Shown one piece after another: positions 26,801 through 40,500 of a stretch of DNA of 64,000 nucleotides; the first letter of the stretch is position 1; every line of letters begins with the position of its first letter. The position numbers and the translations under genes are program-made. Origin of the DNA: Epiperipatus broadwayi (lineage: Eukaryota; Animalia; Onychophora). The DNA is taken from contig JAQFVV010000001.1 of assembly GCA_028023455.1 (NCBI GenBank), positions 20,274,001 to 20,338,000 on the forward strand, in the 5' to 3' direction. The notes under the pieces were generated by a model that saw only the letters and a list, made by a program, of their open reading frames with translations, made no database searches and had not been told where the DNA came from.

Positions 26801-27369
26801 AATCTGAATGTTAATAATATTAAATAATTTTTGTTTAATTCAAATGGTAGCCCATGAAAGATTGATGATATTTATTTACTTATTTTTGTTATTCTGTGAT
26901 GTATAAATGTAAATATGTTAATCATACTAATATAAGTTGTAAAAAAAAAATAGTTTATTTTATAATGTATAATCAAAATTATTGATAGAAATACTTTATT
27001 GTTATAAATAAATATATGTTTTTGAATTTGAACTAAGCAATCACTGTCATTTTCTTTATGGGATCATATATATTACAATGTCATATATTTAAGCACATGG
27101 GACAACAACGTTCTCATATAAAATTTATTGATGGGATATTTTGTTAAGAGAATTAAAATAAAGAATTCAAACTTAATAAATCAAGGATCTGTCAATTTTA
27201 ATGTATAATTAATAGTAATAGTAACAAGTCAGATGTCACATGACTTATATATAGCTTGCACTTACAAATATGTAAAATTAAGAGCGTGCTAATAGCTCTA
27301 AACAAGCTTTTTTTTTTTTTTATGATAAATGCTACTACAAGAGAAGGCATTCAAATCATTTTTATTTTA

Positions 27370-28500
27370 AATGGTCCCCATCCCCAGACCGGTTTCGACC
27401 TATGGGTCTCTTCAGTGAGGAGTTGGGACATTAGATCTAAAAAACCAACTCAAGCAAAGCATTTATCTAAAAGATAATTGTTAGAAGAAGATCTGAAACT
27501 TTTAGACATCTACATGTCTTTAAAGTCAGCTCTCCAACTGAAAAAATCATATGGGACTGAACTTAATTCAGATACTCCATATATTAGTAAGCTTAGCTCT
27601 TTAATTTAGCTAAAGCCACAACATTAATTTATTTAAGATTTAAGTATCTGAATAAATATTTGAAATTTTAATCTAAAGAATCAATGTGTATTTAGAGCAT
27701 TATGGATATTAATTTTGTGTAACAGACACAAAGATATTTTAAAGTTCATTTAAAATTTAATAAAATCATAAGATCATAAAAGTGTAGCAATGTTTATTCA
27801 AATGATTAAATGGTAACTATTATATTATTTAAATTATATGAAAATAATAAAATAATCTCTGATGTTTGTTCAGAAAGATAAACATATTGGGCTAAATCTA
27901 AAGGTAATGAATATGTTTTAAAATTGATTTATATAATATTATATTGAGTAATGATAAGGGTTTTGTTCACTAGTCAGTGATTATTCTGATTAATGGTTAT
28001 TATTTATAGTAATAGAGGGATAAGTAGAAAAAGCGCTTCATAAATTATTAGTTTATTGGCTTAATAATGTATTTATCAGTATTGATGTAGTATTAGAGTT
28101 ATAGTAAATATTAAATAGTTATTGTGCTTAGTATTCATAAGTAAGAATGTGATTATTATTTCGATAATTGGATTTCAATAAAATCCCATTTGTTATTCAA
28201 GTGTCCAACTGTTAACCATTATTATTATTATGTTTACCAAAAGAATAATCATTATCCCTGAGATGTTAATAGGACACATCGATAATCAATTAGATTAATT
28301 TAATTTGTGTCTTTTAAATTGATTATATTTATAGTTTATTATAAGTACAATGGAATAGATAATGATTTAAATAGTCTTGATAATTATTTACCATGAAATT
28401 ATTATGATAGTCATTGTTTATTGTTAGAGATTTCCTTAATGATTGTAACATGAAAGCAGTTGGAGAATTTCTATAATAGCAATGCCATTGTAAATTTATA
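27370..28500 (-). mobile_element. Decayed Penelope-like retroelement ending in the hammerhead-bearing pLTR
   Basis: Minus-strand remnants in RT order: NSPTA (~28450), a deleted YVDD-like site (~28280), HLNNKWDFIEI (~28190), TTSILIN...SAF (~28050). The 3' region gaattaagttcagtcccatatga resembles family A gaactgagttcagacctatatga. Confidence 0.55.
27381..27421 (-). ncRNA. Canonical minimal type-I hammerhead ribozyme
   Basis: Minus strand TCCTCA CTGAAGA GACC-CATA-GGTC GAAA CCGG TC TGGGGA: 6-bp stem I (one G-U), 4-bp stem II, palindromic stem III ACCGGT, GUC site (cleavage between 27387 and 27386). Confidence 0.92.
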
Positions 28501-29203
28501 TCTCAATACTTTGACCATTCCTATACTCTATCTTAGATTCAAATGTTAAAGTCTCAGTTGGTCAGGGTATTGTGTGTTGTTATTATTGATAGGTTAGATC
28601 TTCATCGTTTTTCAATCAGTAATGGTATTTTATTCTAAAATCATATCATCATCAATTCAGGAAGGGTACAATATATATATATATATATATTAGTAATTAT
28701 ACATAAAAAGCCATTGTCAGCACATGGTTTTATGCCTTTTCCAAATGTTAAGCATCTATTTTAATATAATGAAAGTAAATAATATGAATAAAACAGAATA
28801 TAATTATGATATAGAAGACAAGACAAAACTCTCCATACAGTTATGTGCTAGTATAAGAGATAGTAATCATGTGATGTTTAATGATATAGAAGACTCAATA
28901 AAAATTGAAAGAACTGACTATCTGTATATAATAATATACAGAATAAAAAAAAACATACCTTACATAACTTTATATATACTACTTTATAACACAATTTTCT
29001 ATTCATTTTAATTTACCAGTTATTAATTAAATTTATTGTTATTTAATAAAAATTCACTCAATTATTTAAGTTATGCTCAACATAACATGTTTTATAAATT
29101 TGTCTTCTTTTTTTGTTGATCTTTAAGTAATTTAAATGTTTAATATTTATGTAGTGTCTATTTTATGTCTATATGTCTGAACATTTAATACAGAATTATC
29201 ATC

Positions 29204-29625
29204 TCACCTATTAATTACATTGTTGTAATCTTTGACTCTTACACCTAACCATTTTGTTCTATGATCATGGGAAATCATATTGCAATGGCCACAATTAATT
29301 TTATATACAATTCTTTTTTTGTATTTTATATTGTCCATTATTTTATAATTAACTATTAATTTTTTCAGACTATTACTATTTGACCATCCAATATTTATAT
29401 ATTTATCAATATAATTTTTGGTTTTTATTAATGTATTATACCTTTTGAAATAATATGGAAATTTAATCCATTTTTTATTTGAACTATTGGTACTAACATT
29501 ATTATAATGATTTTGACAAAACATCATAACATGATCACCATTTCTTATGCTTACACAAGCTGTTATTAACAGTAGCAAACTCTCCAGAAAGTAGTGCCAC
29601 CTGCTGATTATTAAGACTTGCACTG
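29204..29625 (-). mobile_element. Penelope-like fragment: family-A-like terminus fused to a GIY-YIG endonuclease remnant
   Basis: The ORF ends ...IGWSNSNSLKKLI...IVYKINCGHCN...LGVRVKDY (GIY-YIG-like). DNA at 29520-29590 matches the family A terminus (taagcataagaaatggtgatcatgt on the minus strand). Confidence 0.65.
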
Positions 29626-30158
29626 GGTGGCGCTATAGTATAGAAAGTTTGCTATTGTTTATAATCGTTTTGCATAGAAATGTTATTATTTAATATAGAT
29701 TTTTTATAATTAAAAAGTTTATTTTTTATATTTTTAAAATTATATCCATAATCTTTGTATAATTTAATAAACAGTTTTGTAAATCCGCTACATTTTTGTC
29801 TACATTATATTTATCATTTCTATATTTAAAATTTTTAATGAACTGCCTTCTTTTGTACTCATGCATACTGTAAATCTATAGAAATCATTTTTCTTAATTT
29901 ATCTTCGTTAATAAAACGTTTTAATATCATTTTGTAATAAATATCTATATGAATTTCTACTTCTAAAAATTTAGTTTCATCTTCAATTTCTACTTTTGCA
30001 AAATTAACATTATATACATTATATTTAATGTTTTCACAGTTACATGACATAAATAAAATAGTTTTGGGGTTAAACCATGTGTCAGTTTTGATTAATTTCC
30101 AACATTTTGAAGAAATAGCATCAGCAATTATCAAGGTTAATTTGTCAAATAAAAACTG

Positions 30159-31330
30159 TTAGATCTCAAATAGTAACAAGATTGAATATGAGGTAAGGAA
30201 TGAGATTGAACATGGAGTATTGGAGCATTGAGATTAACAAAATGTTTATTTCCTTCAATTTCACCATTAATTGTTTTCATGTTTATATTAGAAGAATGAG
30301 ATCAAACAAGTGGTCTCCATAAGGCTGGAATACATTGTGCTTAGTCAGCTTTAGTTAAACCAGTTGGTCTTTCTAATATTTCAATTGACTCCCTCATGGT
30401 TCTCAGTATCAAAATTAGATTTGGGACCAATTTCTAAAAAAAAGGTGAAGTAAAAGCTTATATATTTAACTTCTGTCATGATGACTCCTTATCAATATCG
30501 GTTTACAGAAAATCCACCCATACAAATAGATATCTTAATTTTAATTTTCATCATCATCCTGCACAAATATTTTCTGTAGCAAAAAATCTTCTGATGAGAG
30601 CTTGTTAGATTGTCAGATAAAGATCATCTTACTCGAGAAATAGAATTAACAAAAAATAATCTATTTTCTAATAGTTACAATAAAAACATCATATACAAGA
30701 CATTCCATAACACTGACAGTAAAAAGAAAATTGATAATTCAACTAGTTATAGAGTGATTTTATCTTATATTAAAGGAGTCACTGGTAAAATTAGTAGAAG
30801 ACAATATAATTATAATATAAAAATTAATTTTTCCACTAGCAAAAAAAATTGGTGATTTTTTCCAATAAACCTATAAACAGAGTAATTTTGGAATACCAGG
30901 GGATTTAAAAAATTCAATGTTTATAGTACTTGAAAAGTTATATAGGTCAGTCTAATAGATGAATTAAGATCAGAATTAGTGAACATAAAAATGTCTTTAG
31001 TCAGAAGTTAAATACATCATCAACGTTTACTTCATATTTTTTAGAAATCAATCACAAAGCTTATTTTGATAATGCCAAAGTACTTGCTAATTTGAAAAAG
31101 TATGAATTGACAACCATGAAGAAGTCAATTGAAATATAAGCACAATGTACTCCAGCCTTATGGAAACGACTTACTTTATCACTTTCTTCTAATATAAACC
31201 TGAAAACAATTAATAGTGAAACTGAAGAAAATAAACATTTTAATTCTTATACTCTGAATGCTCAAGTACTTCACACTCAATCTCATTCTTTATCTTATAC
31301 TCAATCTCATTACTATTTGAGATCTAATGC
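30159..31330 (+). mobile_element. 5'-truncated Penelope-like retroelement with an inverted copy of its 3' end at the 5' side
   Basis: Plus strand [23 protein letters not shown] (RT C-terminus), ILSYIKGVTGKISR, YIGQSNR*IKIRISEHK (GIY-YIG). 30159-30430 is the reverse complement of ~31090-31327. Confidence 0.88.
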
Positions 31331-32616
31331 TTTTCTTTGAAAAAAAATAGTGGATACTATTTCATTGAAACATTGTGAATTAGTCAAAACTAACACATTA
31401 TTAACCCAAAATCTATTATATATATATTAAACTCATTATAAATATTATTCATAGCTTTTTTATTACCAAAAATTAAACTAACATCAACATATTTAGAATA
31501 ATGTAGTATTTCTTAACATTATTCTTTTTTTAATTACAATACTTTCTAATTCATTTATAAATATTGATAACATTAAAACATTAATTGCACAATTCATAAC
31601 CTATCCTTTATGTATATTCCAAAATTCATTATTACATTTAAAATATAAATTATGTAAACTTTCTTCGATAATATTTATTATGTTTATATTTATTTACATT
31701 GATTTAAATTTTTTACTAATAATATTTGTACACTTGGAATACTTTAAATAACATTAAAGATACAAAAAGAAGACAAATATATGAAACATGTTATATTAAG
31801 CATAACTTAAATAATTGTATGAATATTTATAAAACTTCAATAAATTTGTTAATAACTGGTCAATTAAATATTAATGGAAAATTATACAATAAGTAGTATA
31901 TATAAAATTATATATGGTATATTTTGACTTATTTTGTATAATATTATGTTATATAGTTAATTTTTTCAATTTTTATTGAATCGGTGTATCATAATTTTAT
32001 TCTCCTTTATTCATATTTTATTTTGTTATTGTTGTTATTTTACTTCCATTATGGAACACTGGATAGTGTTCTATCTGCAATAATTGATTAACATTAAAAT
32101 AAATACTTAACATTTGAAAATAGCAAAAAATCCTATGCCAAAAAAAGCTTTTTATTTATAATTGTTAATATATATAGCTGTCATATATGTTACTTTTGTT
32201 ATTTATTATAATTTATATTTAAAAAAAACAGCATAATAGTCTACCTTAATTTTCATTTTTGATGATATTAAAGTTAAGGATAATAGCTAAAAAAAATTGT
32301 TCCAAATATTGTCTTTGAAACAAAAAAATCAAAGATCATATTTATTCCTTAAGTATTTTATTCATAAAAATCCAGAAATAAAAATTGCCTTACAAAATGA
32401 ATAAGTTAATTTATTAATAATAAATATTGCAACATGAGTAAGTCTAATTCATTCTACCTAAAGGATATGTCAGAAGAAGGTGTTCCGTCTAATAGTTACA
32501 TTCTGAGATTACATAGATAACATTACCACTTGCTTGTTTGCCATGTAGATCAGTTACTGGTCATGTAAAATTATATACATAATTTATTTATATGTGTCCT
32601 AGACCAGTCATTATTT

Positions 32617-33060
32617 AATCATCATTCTCATCCATTATTAATCCACTGTAGTATGAAGGTCTCTTGAAGTATAGTCTAATTTCTCCAATCCTTAGCCTCT
32701 CTTCATATCATATTAACAAACTTCATTAATGCATCCATCCATCTCACATGTGGTCTCTTTCTAGTCTTTTACAATCTCTTGGGATCCAGTTTAAGATCTT
32801 AACTATCTATCTATTATCCATGTCTTACAGTAATATGTCCACTGCATCTCCAGTTTTTTTATTTCTTTCAATGATGTTAATAATATCTATTTGTTCTCTC
32901 ACCCATGTATTCCACTTTCAATCTCTTCTTGTTACTCCAACATACATTCCTCCATACTTTATTGAGAAATTATGTATCTCAGTATTGCTTTTCTGATGAA
33001 TGTCTAAGTTACAGATCCTTAAATAGAAAATGGTAAAACCCATTTATTTAAACCTCAATT
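32617..33060 (-). mobile_element. 3' fragment of the RTE LINE family seen at 42.9-45.7 kb
   Basis: Reverse-complement similarity to 45300-45740 (e.g. catccatccatctcacatgtggtctctttct) with a degraded (ATC)n tail. Confidence 0.85.
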
Positions 33061-35929
33061 TTAAAATTTCACTCTAACTTGAAAAAGATCAAAAGCTAAC
33101 ACATAAGCAAACCAATTTTCCACAATCAATAAAAGTATTTAAAAAAAATTCATGCCTATGAATGACATTTGTTAATGAGTTTTTATTTTTGGTAAAATCT
33201 AAATGACAAGCAACTACATACATAGGAGAGCATAAAAACTTCAGATACTTTTTTTTTATCTGTGAAAATCTTTATTTTAACATGTATATACATAATAAAA
33301 TCATTTATGCAATAATAATATATTAATATGTTCTCAAAAATAATAAATGTGTCAAAAGTTTTAAAACTCAAATTTAAAAGTATTAGATAGTTAACAAATT
33401 TTATATTTCACAGAACTGTTTTTCATTTGTATAATTCATCTTCTTTTAAATCATCAGAATGCAATTTCCCTAAAATGTATTATAATGTTAAATCACAATT
33501 CAAGAAACATTTTTACATTTATGCATTTCATTATATATAAATATAAGCTTTGTGAATAAATCTTTTAACATCAATTTTTCTCTTAGGAAAGCTGACAAAT
33601 GAGTTATTGCTTTCAATAATTCAACTTTTTTTTTCCTTAAGCAGAAATAGAACAAGACAATTTATCTATTACAAATGGTGAAAATAATTATTGCTCTAAG
33701 ACTGCAGCAGAAGTTATTTGGACGTTTTTTAAAGTAAGAACATACTAAAATGTGAATTCTATGTAGTATCTAGTTATTATGTTTTAACAATTATTTTCAA
33801 AAATAGGACTATATTTATCAAACTCATTAATCATTGCAATTGATGTTTGATAAAAGGCAAACAGCATTTAAATACAATGAGAATAGATTGATATTAGCTC
33901 GATTGGCTATCAATCAGATACCTGGAAATAAAAATTCTAGATTTAATTAAAATGTAAATTTTCAAATCTTATCCTGCCTGAATTTGAATCCAAGGCATAT
34001 AAATGTTAAATTAATACACTATCGCTTTACCATTAATAAAACAGACAATTGCTCTTAAAATAATTTTATATAAGCCAATCAATTTTTTTATAATTCTTTT
34101 ACAAAAATAATAAGGAGCTGAAAATGTAAAAAAGTTTGAAAGTAATTATTAAATATCTTTATAAAAGGCTTTTCAATTAAGTTGAAATATTGACTTTTAA
34201 ACATTAAAAAAAGTATTGTCTGTAATCTTATACAAAAAAAAAAAAATCTTAATTATGGGAATTGATTTTATATTTTGTCCTTCAATAATGTGAACATACT
34301 TTTTTTTAAAACGACAATAAGAATTTAAATTGAAAATATATAATTATTCTAATTATATATGTAAAAATGATAAGCCCATCGTACCAGTCATCCCATGATT
34401 AAGCGTATTGATATCTCCAAGTTATTTTCAGCAAGGAAAAACCTTAGAAATATAATCATTATGTAACAACGTATAGGTATGTGCAACAATATTATAAATA
34501 TGCATAATTACATGTTAAAACTATTTTATTAATATAAATATCATCTATATATTACTACTATAATAGATAATGTATGCATATTACAAATAATAGTTTTATT
34601 TTTAAAATGTTTAATTTGCTTTGTATTGTTTATTTGCTTTCTTCATTTAGATCAGTTATATATATAATGAGAACGAGCACAATTAAAAAACATTTAGTCA
34701 TGTCCAATGTTTCAAATTTAACTTAATAAATTAATTGCTTACTATAATGAATGAATATGTGAAATTGATTATTATATCTTTCAATGTTATGAGTTTATTT
34801 TCACATAAAAAAAAAGTAGTATTGAAAATTATCATTGGCAATAATTTCCCATAAATATTACTGCAGTTAATACATATATAATATTTATATTATATAATAA
34901 AAAATAAAACATTTACTTCCACATAATTTTATTAAATGTGAACTTGTATACAATAATAATTGTGCGACTATTAATTTCATTATCTTATTTAAGATTTTTA
35001 TAACCCGGCATTAAACAATAAGCATTTACTATAATTATTTTCCATTTTTTGTTATCTCTTGCTATAATTCTTTTTTTTTAATACAGGTCAATTTATTCTA
35101 GCAATTTTAACAAGTCCCTAAATAAATTACAGCTTTGTAATACTGGTAATATAAACCTATTTATGAAATAACCAAGCCAGAAAACATTATTATGATCATT
35201 CACAAACCAGATTCCTAAAGAATCTTTATATAAATATAGAAATTTTATTACGGGAACAGTGAATACAAGTAAACAGATGATCCAGTCCGAACGTGAGATC
35301 AATAAATTTGGATTACAGTACTTTATAATGAAAAACAGGAATTACACATTCTGCCAATCCATAAAAACCAATTCTTAAAGAATCTTTTAAATGATTTTGC
35401 AAATAATTGTCCATTTTTCTTATATCAATGAAGCTAATAAAAAAGTTTAATTCTTTTTAAATATCAATCCTTGATTTATTATATAACAAATAAGAACATT
35501 GATGTAAAAAAGTGACATTATGTGCAAATTCACTTAAATAATTCTTCATGAATCTGGCTAATGAATTATTATAGTAACGTTTTCAGACTTGGTTGTTCCA
35601 TGAATAGATTAACTTATTTAACATTTAATTTATTTCTCTCCTCTTGATTCAGTAAGGTTGTGTAAAGTCTAGCAATTAATTTTAATCTTCTTTTAAAGAT
35701 ATTTTAAGAACATCAGAATAAAATTATTTAGCTGATATTTTCTAGAGAGAAGAAATTAAATTAAGATAAAAATAAAACATGATGCTCACAATAATTGTTT
35801 ATTTACAGATACGTATTAAATTGTATTTCTTTAATGTTATTTTGGGTGATATCACATACTAATTTATTTACTAAATTGAATAGATTATTTTAAAAAGTGT
35901 ATTCATTTAATATTAAATGCAATAGGCAC

Positions 35930-38470
35930 ATTGAATGTGGAAACTTTACTTGAACCAAACTCTTCTAATCCAGAATATAGGAATGTACTGGTGACTAAGG
36001 CACTATCAAGATTTAAGATTGATTGAGATACTGTTAATAAAATCATCTTCCAGACTAATGAAATGTAATAGACCACATAGATGGCTATAAATTATTTGAT
36101 CAGTCAATGAAAGGGGAATATTTGGTGTTGGATTTGCTATAAAGCCTAACCTAGTATTTTCTATTATTGAAATTCCTCATTGTGAGAATGAAATATTAAT
36201 AGTATTAAAACATGCCTTGCACAAAGGTATTAGTACTCAGTTTATTTCTTTCTATGTTCCAACCTTATATTCAGAGAATTATTTATTGGATAGCATTATT
36301 TTTTCTTCCAGAAGACTTGAATTCACATTCTGATACAAATAGTAAACAATGTCCAAAAGTTATTAAAAGTAATAGTATTTGTGCTGTAAATTCAAATGGT
36401 TTGTTATTTAATATTTGCACAACATATGGATTGACTATCATAAACAAAAGAAAGACTACTATAAAAGATGATGGATGCATCCATGCTCATAAAAAAAACA
36501 TTGTAATTAAAAGATAAAATACAAGTTCATATTACATAAGCACTTACAGATACAGATTGTTGGACATATCAAAGATTAGTATGCTCTAAGAATAAAATGA
36601 TTGATACATTAAAAATTAGATCTTATTCCAATCATATTCACAATAAAAATTGGAATTTATTTTTTAAAAGTATCTATTCTGCATACTAAATTGTTAATTT
36701 GTACTTCCAGGATTGTCTTATCATTAATGCATCAAATTCCCTTAAGCAATGTTATGAACATAAGTAAATCTATTCCTGGGTTCACTAAAAAAAAACCTGA
36801 CAGATTTTCTGACAATGATCTTGTTATTAGTAATTTGATTAGAAGAAACATGGTATTTTCTTCTTGGCATAATATAATAAATTTTAAAAAGGCTGTTATA
36901 ATACATATAGAGATCTAAAGATTGACATGAAGATTTAAAAATGGTTGATATATTAAAACTGCAAATAAGATGCAGACATTCACTATTCATGGTTACTCTA
37001 AATCTTTTTTTGATGTACTGAAAGCAACATATGGATTTAAGAAATTGTACCACAATCCTATTAAATCCAATAATGGCAATTTCTTATATGATGATAATGC
37101 TATTTTAAATAAATGAAATGAATATTTTATCTTTTCAATAATGATACTAAAATTGAGATAACAACTCTTAATGGCATATTCACTTTATATAAACATTTAG
37201 ATTTGAACAAAGATATCCAGCTTAATAAAGTCAAAACAGTTCTCTGTAATATTAGAAATGAAAAGGCTACAGATCCAGATAAAATATATGGAGAAGTCAA
37301 AAATATTGAAATTTTTTTAAAATATATTCTATTGTTCTAATTTTTAAAAATAAAGAGAATTGGTAATATTGCAGTAATAATTATGGAATAACATTATTAT
37401 CCACTACAGCAAAAGTATTTTCAAGGATTTTTGCTGAATAGATTATTCCAGTCATAGAGAATCAATGTAGTTTTAGAGAATCAGGAAGCACTATAGCTAT
37501 AGGCTTATTGGCAGGCAAATGTAAGAAAAGTATCAGAATCAAAAGTGATTTATATATTTAATTTATTGATTACGTCAGACATTTAATTCAGTTAATCAAA
37601 AAGATTATTTGATTTGGTTATTCATCAAAATTTATTCATATTATGCAGCTTCTACATGATGCAATAAAAATACTATTACTACAAGTGGTCAATTTCAGAT
37701 ATTTGAAATGAAAACTGATGTTAAACAATGATATGACCTTGCTCTAACATTGTTTTCAATTCTTATGACAGTTGAACTGGCTTGATGGTGAAATTTTTAA
37801 TTTGAATTGATTAAAAGCTATAAGAACTTCATCTTCTTGGATTCTGAGTTTGATGGCTATCGACTTGAGAATGCCAACAAATATATATACACTTTGGTAG
37901 TTTTAAAATAGAAAAATAAATTTTGAGATACAACACAGACTCCTAGATGCTGTTGCTTTTAACAATTTAAAAGATAGAGTAATTCATAACAGAGAAATAA
38001 CTACTGTGACTAAGTTAACTAAATTTATATCTATTGTTTTACCTAATTTGTGAATAAAGAAGTCAAATTTAGACATTCTATCAATGCAACATAAAGACAA
38101 GGATATTATGTTAAAATTTAAAGAATACAATGACAAGACCAAAATATCAGTTCATACGTATTTCAACTGTTCAAGACTTCCTAAAAAAGTGCTTTATGAT
38201 GAATGTTAACAGTTTTATGGTAGAGGTAGATGCATCTAGATTATATGGATTCTCTCAGATATTTCAAAGAAGTGCAATATTGATTGTTTCTACTGGCAAT
38301 ACATAGCAGAGAATAGAATCCATTGGAGACCTACAATTAAACAATGTATTGAAGTACTTCAGAATGAAAAGTTTACTTTAATGAAGAAATTAAAACAGCA
38401 TTGCAAAATATCAAATAAACATAAAAATGGTCCTATGGGTGGATGTATTTATGGTTCACAAATCATATTG
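35930..38470 (+). mobile_element. Decayed RTE/BovB-like LINE
   Basis: Remnants NVETL, GVGFAIKPNL, NSNGLLFNICTTYGLTIIN, WMHP-like, FRESGST, LALTLFSIL in APE-to-RT order; riddled with stops. Confidence 0.7.
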
Positions 38471-38706
38471 TGTAGTCATTACAAAACTTATTTCTAGAGT
38501 AGTTCCCTCACTCCCTCTCTCCTCCCTCAACTCTCCTTCTCCCTCTCCCATCTTCTCTCCCTCTCTTTTTCTCTCTTTCTATGTGTCTTAAATTTGATTT
38601 ATATATATATATAAATAAAGAATTAGAATGTAATGTCACAAAAATGCTGTTATCTTAATTTTATCGATTATTTTTCAACATTTCCCTTCATAATCTCTCA
38701 AAAAAA

Positions 38707-40500
38707 TCAAATGTGTGGCAATACTTTAAAAGAAAGAAATAAATAAAAATCTGAGTGCTTACAATGCAATAAAATTTTGAAAACTATAAATGGATCGACT
38801 TCTGGAATGAGGTTTCATGTAAGCAAGATTCATGCCAATGACTTTCAAGATGATGTTAATGCTGGTGCTTTTTCAAGCAAGAAGCAAGCAACTTTCGTGC
38901 AATTTTTGCCTAGAAAATATGTTATTTCTGCTGTTGCAAAAATGACTTGCAAAGATGAATTTGGTTTCAATAAAATTGCAATTTGTGAATTTATTCAAAG
39001 CAACTTGGTAACAAACATTTATGACAATATGCCACCAACTACAGGCAATGGTGTAAAAAATTTAGTTTACAATTATTATCTAACCAAGAAAATTAAACTA
39101 TATGAATATTTTGGGAGTCAAATCAAAGCTAGAATTTGTTTCTCAATTTCTATTGATGAATATATGACTTCCCAGAATTTTAGATATATAAACATCAATA
39201 TATATGATGTAACAACATAATAATCTCTGGGTTTAATTCCCATTCAAGGCCCATTAACTAGCAAGAAAATCACAGAAATTGGCAAAAAATGGATTAAGTA
39301 TTTCACTTAGATCTAAAATGTCACAATGTAAGAGTGATAATGGAAGGTGCTTCAATAATGATAAAATTTAGCAAGAAAAATATTATCATGCATCAATTAT
39401 GTCTTATACATGGAACACACCTAAGTGTTTGGATATTCTTTACAAGAAAAAGCAACTGCAAAGGGAAATAAAAAAACTCATGCTTGGTGAAGATGAAGGA
39501 AATTCTCAAGACATTCAAGACTGGGATGATTGTAATATTCCTCTGACTTTAGATACAGTTATTGACTCAATTGAGACAACTGATTATAACAATGAATGAA
39601 TTGATTTTAAAAGTTAAAAAAAATTGCAAGATATTTAGAAAATCTCCTTTGAAAAATGATTATGTATGAAAAATGGTTTGAAGGGGGGGGAATGTAAACT
39701 TATTCTTGATACTTGTACAAGATGGAACAGCACTCTAATTATGGATTTCAAGATTTATTGAATTAAAATAATGTATTCCAAATGCTTTAAGAATTAGAGG
39801 AATTAATTAGGTAATTTCCAATGAAGAATGGAAGAGTTTAGAAAATCTTGTAGATGCACTTCACTCCTTTCAAATAATTGCCAATGGGTTTCCTTATGAA
39901 GATGCTTTATTGTTAAAAGGCAAAAAAATCCATGAAATTCATTTCAAAAGAATTAGACAATCACAATTCAGTATTAACTATGCAGTTTAAGAAAGTTTTG
40001 CATGAACAATATTTTTCATGTAGAATGATGAACATCACTGGGTTAATAAGTTATCTTGAAAATCCCGAGTACTTGAAAAAGCAATGATTCTGAATCTGAA
40101 CACTCCTTCTTATTGCCAAATCATAAAAGCATTAAAAAACAGGCTAAAAAACATACAACAGACTTTTTCATCAGATGCAGAGGACAAAATCCAAGAAGAA
40201 ATTGCTCAAAATGAAATTTCAGATGTAGAATCTGCAGATGTGCTTCAAAGATATATCAAAGAGGTTTCAAAAAAGGCTAAATCAAAACACATTATCTGTC
40301 AAAGCTTTTTTTAACTAATAAAATGTTTTTTGAGGCTACTGGAGAGTGATTGGAGTGCCTATAAAAATTGTATCAAAGGGTTAAATACTATCAGAGTGAG
40401 CAGTTTGAATCAGAAAGGGCTTTTTCAAGTGTGAGATACTTTGTTTCAAAGATAAGTTCACACTTATCATCAAAAACTTTAAAGTTTAAGCTTATTAAAA
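38707..40500 (+). mobile_element. hAT-family transposase relic (BED finger, catalytic D region, dimerisation domain)
   Basis: SNVWQYFK...CLQCNKILKTINGSTSGMRFHVSKIH (BED zinc finger); FSISIDEYMTSQNFRYININ (cf. DxWTS...RYLNIN); ESERAFSSVRYFVSKISSHLSSKTL (hATC-like). Matching TIR pair not found. Confidence 0.8.

Noticed and set aside
31335-31377. Possible HHR relic in the Penelope 3' end (aatag-tggata-ctatt...gaaac)
   Set aside because: The CUGANGA core is missing and extra bases precede GAAA; position is suggestive but unsupported.
35093-35302. 69-aa minus-strand ORF with hydrophobic stretches
   Set aside because: No recognisable domain, non-ATG start, no convincing splice pair; not called a CDS.
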